Below are positions 57,606-64,000 of a DNA stretch of 64,000 bases, piece after piece. The translations under genes and the position numbers were made by a program. Position 1 is the first letter of the stretch; every line of letters begins with the position of its first letter. The stretch comes from an uncultured Gammaproteobacteria bacterium (GTDB lineage: Bacteria; Patescibacteriota; Microgenomatia; CAYSOG01), in contig CAYSOG010000001.1 in NCBI GenBank assembly GCA_964432675.1, positions 4,523-68,522 on the forward strand, given 5' to 3'. The notes beneath the pieces were generated by a model. That model was given only the letters and a program-made list of their open reading frames with translations, was not told the origin of the DNA and ran no database searches.

Positions 57606-57654
57606 ACCGGTAACGAATACTCTCATGCAGAGGGATGTGTTACCGGTTTTTATT
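57606..57654 (+). promoter_or_regulatory. Terminator-like long hairpin (ACCGGTAAC...GTTACCGGT + T5) in leader about 45 nt upstream of TasA-like gene; candidate attenuator/riboregulator
   Basis: 9-bp perfect stem, 24-nt loop, then TTTTTATT. It sits between a roughly 650-bp non-coding region and the RBS GGGAGGTGAGGG. Confidence 0.5.
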
Positions 57655-57701
57655 GATCAAAAGTAAAGTCAAAAATTTCAATTGAAGGGAGGTGAGGGAA
57701 T

Positions 57702-58316
57702 ATAAATACAAAAATTGCATTAAGCGGCCTCTCCGTCGTTGCCTCACTAGCCCTCATGGGTGGTGCAACGTTTGCATTTTTTACTAGCACTGCAACCAGC
57801 ACTGCAAATGCTTTTTCATCAGGAACCCTAATATTACAGGTTAATGATAATAATGAAACAGCAGCAGCATCTGTTACTGCCTCATTTAATACGGGTAATA
57901 CTGGATTAAAACCGGGGGATACTACGTCTGGCTTCATCTCACTTGATAATACTGGATCAATTAATATAGATCATATTACTTTGGCAGTATCTCAGACGGC
58001 TAATAGCACCCCGAGTTTAGCAGACGTATTAAATGTTACGGCAGCAGGATTATCAACAAGTTCATCGTGTACTAGCCCAACAGATTTACTCGCAGGTTGG
58101 CAGGCACAATCAGGTTTAAGTGGACCCACAACGTTAACTAAATTAATAACCAAGGGTGAGTTTAACGCTGTACCAGGAGGTTTAACAGCAGGAGCAACGA
58201 AGTATCTTTGTATGACTTTCACGATGGATAGTAATGCAACAAATACTTACCAAGGTGCTACAACGACGGATACATTTAGCTTTATTGGGAAGCAAGATGC
58301 GTCGCAATTACCTTAG
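57702..58316 (+). CDS. TasA/camelysin-like secreted protein with SipW-cognate-type signal peptide (fibre subunit candidate 1)
   Basis: In-frame upstream of the first ATG (57756) the frame encodes NINTKIALSGLSVVASLAL-MGGATFAFFTSTATSTANAFSSGTL. This is a complete n/h-region plus the TasA-class motif, so initiation probably occurs at ATA/ATT (57702/57714) 5-17 nt after the RBS. Thr/Ser-rich. Confidence 0.6.
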   Translation: MNTKIALSGLSVVASLALMGGATFAFFTSTATSTANAFSSGTLILQVNDNNETAAASVTASFNTGNTGLKPGDTTSGFISLDNTGSINIDHITLAVSQTANSTPSLADVLNVTAAGLSTSSSCTSPTDLLAGWQAQSGLSGPTTLTKLITKGEFNAVPGGLTAGATKYLCMTFTMDSNATNTYQGATTTDTFSFIGKQDASQLP

Positions 58317-58396
58317 AAACGAAGAAGCTGGTAGTGGGGTAAAAATTGCTCCACTACCAGCCGAGAGTACATAAATAATTATAGTACACGAAAGCT

Positions 58397-58966
58397 ATGA
58401 GGAAAATAAAAACTTTAGCAAGAGTTGGGTTTAAGACAATACTTTTTGTGTTGATGCCGGTGGTGGTGTTCACATTAGTTACATCTAAAACAGCATTTAT
58501 CGGCGGTATTAAGTCATTTATTGTTATGACGGGATCAATGCAACCAACGGTGCCGGTTGGTAGTATTGCTTTTGTCCAAAAGCAGCGAGTATATGATATT
58601 GGCGATGTTGTAACCTATCAACACGGTGATGTTTCTATAACGCACCGAGTGGTTCAGAAATTCTATAAAGATGACGGTGTTTATTACCAAACAAAAGGGG
58701 ATGCAAACAATGTCGCTGACAGCGAGTTAGTGAAGCAGTCCGACATTATCGGCAAGGGCATATTCCAAATCCAATATGCCGGTAAAATTATTGTCTTTAT
58801 GAAAACGCTACAAGGATTTTTAAGCTTAGTTATTTTCCCCACCCTTTTATTTGTTGGATTCGAGCTATGGGGTATAAAAAATGAGATCGTCAAGGAAACT
58901 GAAAAAAGAGTATTGAAAAAAATGGAGGGCAATGGACAAACGATACTTGGCCTTAGCAATACTTAG
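58397..58966 (+). CDS. sipW: Signal peptidase I, archaeal/SipW type (S26B), copy 1
   Basis: N-terminal TM, catalytic box MTGSMQPTVPVGS (SGSMxPT) and the conserved His region. C-terminal TM. Confidence 0.8.
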   Translation: MRKIKTLARVGFKTILFVLMPVVVFTLVTSKTAFIGGIKSFIVMTGSMQPTVPVGSIAFVQKQRVYDIGDVVTYQHGDVSITHRVVQKFYKDDGVYYQTKGDANNVADSELVKQSDIIGKGIFQIQYAGKIIVFMKTLQGFLSLVIFPTLLFVGFELWGIKNEIVKETEKRVLKKMEGNGQTILGLSNT

Positions 58967-59603
58967 TATTCCAGCCGCTTCGATTATTGGCTTTGTGGCA
59001 ACACATTCTTTTTACAGCGGTGCTGCCAATTCAACGAGCAATGTCTTCGCTGCTGCCTCTCTTTTCCCAACACCGACACCACCTCCACTAGCCTCGACGT
59101 TAGTAATAAATGAAATACTACCTGCTTCTAGCTGTGTTGATGGAAATAAAACAGTTAATTGGATCGAACTTTGGAACGGGACAAGTGGCACAGTTAACTT
59201 GCAAGGTTTCAAGATTAGTGATGGCACAAATATAACGGATTTAGTAAATTCAAGTACAACTATAGCTTCTCACCAGTTTGCACTCATCGCAAAAGATGGA
59301 AGTATATTCAATCATGGTACAAGTAAAGGCAACAAATGTTATGCAGATAATAACGCGGTCACTGCTAATCTTGGTAATAGCTCGCCAGTGGTTTTTACAA
59401 CTGGCGTGTTAAGGCTACTCCAATCTGATGGAACTACAGTAATCGATAGGGTTCAATTTAACGGAACATTCGACGGTCAAAACCTTAGCGCACCAACTGA
59501 TCAATCTATCGAAAGAAAAATTACGGGTCAAGATTCAGCTATCGGCGACACATTTAATGGTCAAGACTTTGTTATACGGACGACACCAACACCGGGTCTA
59601 TAA
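58932..59603 (+). CDS. Lamin-tail-domain (LTD) protein with SipW-cognate-like signal
   Basis: N-terminus GFVATHSFYSGAANSTSNVFAAASL (TasA-class signal motif). LTD signature LVINEILPA....NWIELWNGTSGTVNLQGFKISDG. Confidence 0.6.
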   Translation: MDKRYLALAILSIPAASIIGFVATHSFYSGAANSTSNVFAAASLFPTPTPPPLASTLVINEILPASSCVDGNKTVNWIELWNGTSGTVNLQGFKISDGTNITDLVNSSTTIASHQFALIAKDGSIFNHGTSKGNKCYADNNAVTANLGNSSPVVFTTGVLRLLQSDGTTVIDRVQFNGTFDGQNLSAPTDQSIERKITGQDSAIGDTFNGQDFVIRTTPTPGL

Positions 59604-59608
59604 AAATT

Positions 59609-60919
59609 ATGAAAAAACGAATTATTCGATTAACTGCGCTTGTTATGATCATTGCAATAGTTTTTGCGACACATCAGAGTGAGTTTTTGGCGCTGTTTAA
59701 TCCGAAAACGGTTCGGGCATTTGGTGATTTGACGGTTGACTTTCATGTGCCAACAAATGCCCCGATTTTTACTATTACAAATATGGCACCGGGGCAAATG
59801 GAAACGAGAAATGTTGATGTCAATAATACTGGCAGTGTTGACCGCATGGTTTCGGTCAAAGGGGTTAAAACTTCTGAAACTGGCAATTTATCAAATGTTC
59901 TTTCAATCGTTATTAGCGAAGGCAGTACTGATTTATATGGTGGGACAGCGCTTGGGGGCCCAAAGCACTTATCAGACTTTTTTGCCGATAGCAGTAGTGC
60001 CAATGGCATAATGTTAAGTACTTTGCAAGCAGGACACCATACTACTTATATCTTTAAAGTAACGTTTGATTCGTCGGCGGGTAATGCCTATCAAAATAAA
60101 CAAGTAATTTTTGACTTAACGTTCGGTGAGGTAACTGGTAATAATGTTGTCATTAATGAAGTCTTTTATAATGTTGACGCAGTGCATGGCTTAGATTCTC
60201 CTGGCGATCGTGGGGTAACTGTCGGCGGTATCAGCACAAGCATTATCGGTAATGGTGCGGGATCGGTTAATAAGATATTTATTGATATTGACAACAATTG
60301 CTCGATCAACCAAGTGAACAATTCATCAACTACAACAACGATTAACCAGAATGCTAATACCGGTAATAATTCAGCCAATGGCAATACTGGAGGAACTACA
60401 ATTATTCAAACGGGATCGATTACGCAATCGGTTAGCGTTACTAACAAAGGGAATGTTAACAGCGCCCAGTGTTCACAAGGCAAAAAGTTAGGCCAAAACG
60501 ACGAATGGGTAGAGTTATTCAACCCCACGGACCATGATATTAGCCTGAAGAATTATAGCTTTGTTGATAATTCAGGCATTGTGACCAAAATAAATGGTAA
60601 CTTCACTATTAAGTCGCTGAAATTTGCCTTAGTTTCTAAAGACAATAGTACCTGGACTCATTGGTCAGTTCCTGCAGGCACGCTGAAGATTCCTTTGGGT
60701 CATCAAATCGGTGATGGATTAAATAATAGTGGTGACCATTTAACCCTTAATGATGCCGCCAATCACAATATTGATGCACTTTCATGGGGCAATGATACTA
60801 CTATATTTACCTTAAGCGGCGTTTTAGCCGGCCATTCGCTTTCGCGCAACGTGCCCGGCTTAGATACCGATTCGGCTACCGACTGGCACGATCAAAATCC
60901 ACCAACTCCAGGCAGTTAA
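59609..60919 (+). CDS. Membrane-anchored camelysin/TasA-like domain protein with C-terminal lamin-tail domain
   Basis: N-terminal TM, TasA-like beta-rich domain, Asn/Thr-rich linker, LTD (VVINEVFYNV...DEWVELFNPTDHDISLKNYSFVDNSG). Confidence 0.55.
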   Translation: MKKRIIRLTALVMIIAIVFATHQSEFLALFNPKTVRAFGDLTVDFHVPTNAPIFTITNMAPGQMETRNVDVNNTGSVDRMVSVKGVKTSETGNLSNVLSIVISEGSTDLYGGTALGGPKHLSDFFADSSSANGIMLSTLQAGHHTTYIFKVTFDSSAGNAYQNKQVIFDLTFGEVTGNNVVINEVFYNVDAVHGLDSPGDRGVTVGGISTSIIGNGAGSVNKIFIDIDNNCSINQVNNSSTTTTINQNANTGNNSANGNTGGTTIIQTGSITQSVSVTNKGNVNSAQCSQGKKLGQNDEWVELFNPTDHDISLKNYSFVDNSGIVTKINGNFTIKSLKFALVSKDNSTWTHWSVPAGTLKIPLGHQIGDGLNNSGDHLTLNDAANHNIDALSWGNDTTIFTLSGVLAGHSLSRNVPGLDTDSATDWHDQNPPTPGS

Positions 60920-60934
60920 TCTGCTATCATTATA

Positions 60935-61438
60935 GTGATGGATCACACGCACCGACGACTTATTTTTCTATTTGCATTTCTCCTGTTTGGTATTTTATTA
61001 GCAGTCGTGTTGTCATGGACTTTTGTTTCATCAGTTAATTTGTCTGCTAAGAAAACTCCCATTTTACAAGCCTCAGTATTACCAAAGCCAACGCAGCAAA
61101 CATCATTACCAGCACAACCCCGTGGTACTTTAACTGGTAACGTTACCATTGGCCCGAATTGCCCAGTAGAGCGTATCGGGCATCCTTGTACACCTTCGCC
61201 ACAAGCATACACTCGTTACGTTCTTCTCCTTTACACACAGGATAAAAGTACCGTCGTAAAGACCATAGTGCCAGACCAAAGAGGAGAGTTTACTGTTGGG
61301 ATTGACCCTGGAACATATATTTTAGATAGTGCAAACCAGGGAATTGGTTTTCATAGCAAAAATTTACCTCAAACGATTGTTATTATGCCAAACCAAATTG
61401 AAAGTGTAAGCATTGCCTTTGATACAGGTATCCGATAG
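60935..61438 (+). CDS. Hypothetical membrane-anchored protein
   Basis: N-terminal TM. 167 aa. No family recognised. Confidence 0.4.
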   Translation: MMDHTHRRLIFLFAFLLFGILLAVVLSWTFVSSVNLSAKKTPILQASVLPKPTQQTSLPAQPRGTLTGNVTIGPNCPVERIGHPCTPSPQAYTRYVLLLYTQDKSTVVKTIVPDQRGEFTVGIDPGTYILDSANQGIGFHSKNLPQTIVIMPNQIESVSIAFDTGIR

Positions 61439-61535
61439 CTGTGTGACAGAATTACTTGACTTGTTTTTCATCCAATTTCCCTAAGTACTCAGATATTGAT
61501 ATAGAAACTTGATAGAATGATATTAATTGTTCCAG

Positions 61536-61563
61536 TTGACAGTTTTGCTTGCTGTGCTATTAT
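61536..61563 (+). promoter_or_regulatory. Sigma70-like promoter (TTGACA-16 bp-TATTAT) for second TasA-like gene
   Basis: Consensus -35 with a good -10. The roughly 140-nt leader carries three CTGCCC-containing direct repeats before the RBS AAGGAGGTGG. Confidence 0.55.
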
Positions 61564-61706
61564 GGGTTTTGTTAGGGTTTTTGCATAAATATCTGCCAAC
61601 TGCCTCTACTTTCTTTACAAAATCCTTAAGCTTTATAATTTTCTGCCCCATATTGATATTCTGCCCGGTCTTACTGCCCACAATGCATTCGAAAGGAGGT
61701 GGAAGT

Positions 61707-62360
61707 ATGAGTAAACGGTTAGTGTTAAGTTATGGACTAATCGGCGCTGTGTTGCTCTTATTTAGCACTGCTACCTATGCGTATTTTAACGAAACCAGTA
61801 CTAGTAGCGGTAATATACTTGGTGCTAATACGCTAACAATGTCACTTTCAAACGATAATATTGCCTACGCAGACAATGTTACCGGAACGATTGGCAGTAA
61901 TGGACTAAATCCTGGTGATTTATTCAATGGAGATTTGTTCATTAAAAATAATGGTAATTCAAGTGCTAACCATCTCGATTTGAGCTTTAAGAATGCTGTT
62001 GTTAACGCATCGTCGGGTCCAGGAACTGGTACATCGCCAACCTTTTCTTCTGTATTAGAAGTTCAACAATTAATGTGGGATGCAGATGGCGATGGTGTAG
62101 CCGAAACGAATATGTTGCCAGCTACCTGCGATACAGCATCAACCTCAAACCATAATGGCATCTGCGACTTGCAAGATTTAGAAAATCTTGGTGTTTCCGG
62201 GGCTGCCGATGTACCGAATTTACTGTTTGAGGGTACGCAAAATGCTGGTCATAAACTCCATGTTGCAGGCAGGTTAAGTTCACTTGCGACAAATGTTCAT
62301 CAAGGTGATAGCGATACGTTGTCATTGACTATATTCATGGACCAAGGGCCGCATTCATAA
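61707..62360 (+). CDS. TasA/camelysin-like secreted protein with SipW-cognate-type signal peptide (fibre subunit candidate 2)
   Basis: ATG 7 nt after RBS AAGGAGGTGG. MSKRLVLSYGLIGAVLLLFSTATYAYFNETSTSSGNILGANTLTMSLS. The long ORF-track start at 61527 lacks an RBS and is rejected. Confidence 0.65.
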   Translation: MSKRLVLSYGLIGAVLLLFSTATYAYFNETSTSSGNILGANTLTMSLSNDNIAYADNVTGTIGSNGLNPGDLFNGDLFIKNNGNSSANHLDLSFKNAVVNASSGPGTGTSPTFSSVLEVQQLMWDADGDGVAETNMLPATCDTASTSNHNGICDLQDLENLGVSGAADVPNLLFEGTQNAGHKLHVAGRLSSLATNVHQGDSDTLSLTIFMDQGPHS

Positions 62361-62530
62361 GGAGTGTTATTCTGCGCCTAGCGAAGAATCTAGGCAAAGC
62401 TGTAGACCAATATCGGAAAACGCTTGCACTAGATCCTTCGCTAATCCTCCTTCTCCCGCTTACTGCAGGATACGGAAGGACAGACTACTCAGGATGACAA
62501 AAGTTACTTAGAATTACTAAGAAAAAATAT

Positions 62531-63100
62531 ATGAAAAAGATATTAGGTATTACCTTTGCATTACTAAAAACTGGACTGATGATTATTGTACTGGTTATGC
62601 TACCATTAATTGTCTTTACTTTCGTGACAGCAAAAACTTCGTTGTTTGCTACTGTTAGATCGTATGTTGTTGTTTCAGGCAGTATGGAACCCACAATACC
62701 GGTTGGCAGTATTGCTTTTATGATGCCATTTACCGACTATGACATAGGTGATGTCATTTCCTTTAAGCGTGGTAATGAAGTCATAACTCATCGTATTGTC
62801 CAAAAAATGGTCAAGCCAACAGGTACAGAGTACCAAACAAAAGGTGATGCAAATAAGCAGCCCGACGAACAGCTGGTAAATGAAGAACAGATTATCGGCA
62901 AGGGTGTGTTCCAGGTATTATATGCCGGTAGAATATTTTTCTTTCTTAAGTCACCATTAGGGTTTATTACTTGCATTTTTCTTCCGACCTTTAGTTATAT
63001 AGCGTTGGAAGTACATACAATTCAGCAGCTAACTTCAAGGCAAACCGAACAACGCCTTTTGCAAAAACTTGCCAAACAACCATGGCCCGCTACAGCTTAA
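62531..63100 (+). CDS. sipW: Signal peptidase I, archaeal/SipW type (S26B), copy 2
   Basis: VVSGSMEPTIPVGS catalytic box. Same architecture as copy 1. Confidence 0.8.
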   Translation: MKKILGITFALLKTGLMIIVLVMLPLIVFTFVTAKTSLFATVRSYVVVSGSMEPTIPVGSIAFMMPFTDYDIGDVISFKRGNEVITHRIVQKMVKPTGTEYQTKGDANKQPDEQLVNEEQIIGKGVFQVLYAGRIFFFLKSPLGFITCIFLPTFSYIALEVHTIQQLTSRQTEQRLLQKLAKQPWPATA

Positions 63101-63256
63101 TCGCGCTTGTTTTATTATCAGTTCTTGTCGCTACTTTTACGTTGTCGCATGCATACTTTAACTCCCAGAAAACATCTTCACAAAACTACTTCTCTGCATC
63201 AATGAATTTTCCCACACCAAAACCCTAGATTTGCCAAATGCTATACTATAAATGAC

Positions 63257-63685
63257 ATGAGTACCGGAATTATATTTGCCATTATTGCAGCAGCAGCATT
63301 TGGCTCAATTACAGTTTTTCAAAAATTAGCGGCAAATTATGTGTATTACTTTTTTGGTGCATTGCTTATATCTATAACTGCAATTGTCATAGAAATATGT
63401 TTTCTAATCCCAAGATTTAGGAACATAACACTTGTTTCCAATCCAAAAGGTATAATATTTGCAATCGCTGCAGGAGCTTGTGCAACAGTAATAGATGTAG
63501 CTTCAATTAAGGCATATTCTAGTGGTCTTCCGGTTTCTATTGGTGGTCCAATAATACTAGGAGGTAGTGTTGCTGTTGCTGCGGTTATCGGTTTATTTTT
63601 AGGCGAGTCACTGTCGCTTCTTAAATTTTTAGGATTGATACTTATTATTGCCGGCTCAGTAATTCTTGGAGGTATAAGTAAGTAG
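63257..63685 (+). CDS. Small DMT/EamA-like four-TM membrane protein
   Basis: 142 aa with four hydrophobic helices and Gly-rich packing motifs. Confidence 0.45.
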   Translation: MSTGIIFAIIAAAAFGSITVFQKLAANYVYYFFGALLISITAIVIEICFLIPRFRNITLVSNPKGIIFAIAAGACATVIDVASIKAYSSGLPVSIGGPIILGGSVAVAAVIGLFLGESLSLLKFLGLILIIAGSVILGGISK

Positions 63686-63736
63686 ATTGTAAATTGAATT
63701 GCAATATTGTAGAGTAGCAAGCACGAGGTGAGGAGA

Positions 63737-64000
63737 GTGCAGACTACAAAAGCAATGCCGTTTCAGGCAAGCCACTATAAAATCAATACCTATAATACCT
63801 GTCCACAGAAATACTTTTTTGAATATTTAGATGAAGATTTAGCGCCGATTAAGCGACAGATTAAGAAGCCTCGTCCAGAACTAGAAGTTGGCAATGTTGT
63901 TCATGTCACACTCTTTAATTATTTTAAGGAGCCAAAAGCAAATCGAACTTTTTTAACCCTCAAAAATATTCTTGCATCTACCTGGAAACCACCGCGCGGC
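63737..64000 (+). CDS. PD-(D/E)XK nuclease superfamily protein (RecB/Cas4-like N-terminus), partial at window end
   Basis: N-terminal ..FQASHYKINTYNTCPQKYFFEYL is the S-x-S...Y..CP.KY(Y/F)F.Y motif of PD-(D/E)XK/AddB-like nucleases. RBS GAGGTGAGGAG upstream. Confidence 0.45.
   Translation, partial: MQTTKAMPFQASHYKINTYNTCPQKYFFEYLDEDLAPIKRQIKKPRPELEVGNVVHVTLFNYFKEPKANRTFLTLKNILASTWKPPRG

Noticed and set aside
56952-57650. Possible tmRNA, RNase P RNA, SRP RNA or c-di-GMP riboswitch in the 700-bp ORF-free region
   Set aside because: I could not find GGTTCGATTCC-type tmRNA ends, the AGGAAAGTCC RNase P core, the SRP GGAAGCAGCC motif or GEMM consensus by eye. Left as an unclassified structured leader.
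61527-61706. N-terminal 60-codon extension of the second TasA-like ORF
   Set aside because: The extension lacks an RBS and covers the promoter and CTGCCC repeats, whereas a perfect RBS plus ATG at 61707 starts a canonical signal peptide.
1-64000. Alternative genetic code (UGA recoding as in some CPR lineages)
   Set aside because: Long uninterrupted ORFs (up to 661 aa) and well-conserved enzymes are intact under the standard code with normal TGA stops, so there is no need to invoke recoding.

Overview
This is a 64 kb stretch of bacterial chromosome with about 43-45% GC, read under the standard genetic code, with dense coding on both strands and short AT-rich intergenic regions. Recognisable housekeeping genes include a ComM/YifB AAA ATPase, NAD kinase, SecD and SecF (separated by four intervening genes), RecJ, GluRS, an archaeal-type Asp/AsnRS, NAD-malic enzyme, a HIT hydrolase, two paralogous class-II CCA/poly(A)-type nucleotidyltransferases with HD domains, and one tRNA-Gln(CUG) that has no encoded CCA. 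The rest is dominated by cell-envelope functions. (1) A minus-strand glycoconjugate cluster: a Tat-exported CE4 deacetylase, a processive GT2, a GT-C-like membrane protein, a DPPR-synthase-like UbiA prenyltransferase and GtrA. (2) A second envelope block: a GT39/ArnT-like transferase, a PIG-L deacetylase, a phosphodiester glycosidase, acyltransferase-3, another GT-C-like protein, a CE4 deacetylase, an L,D-transpeptidase and a DUF192 protein. (3) A putative copper-handling cluster of secreted proteins with a predicted N-terminal His after signal cleavage, including a YcnI-like protein and a ferric-reductase-like di-heme membrane domain fused to two His-containing periplasmic domains; a membrane-anchored cupredoxin lies elsewhere. 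(4) A duplicated SipW-type signal peptidase / TasA-camelysin-like fibre module containing two lamin-tail-domain proteins and preceded by a structured leader. There are many small DUF-type proteins (DUF5679 zinc ribbon, DUF4446, DUF3048, DUF2442-like, DUF4177-like, UBP-type zinc finger). A three-gene ORFan cassette with its own strong promoters and terminators sits between secF and the second CCA-type gene. I found no rRNA, CRISPR array, transposase or integrase. A 32-34 bp perfect direct repeat brackets a single small membrane-protein gene. The gene content suggests a small-genome monoderm-like or Patescibacteria-like lineage, but that is inference only.
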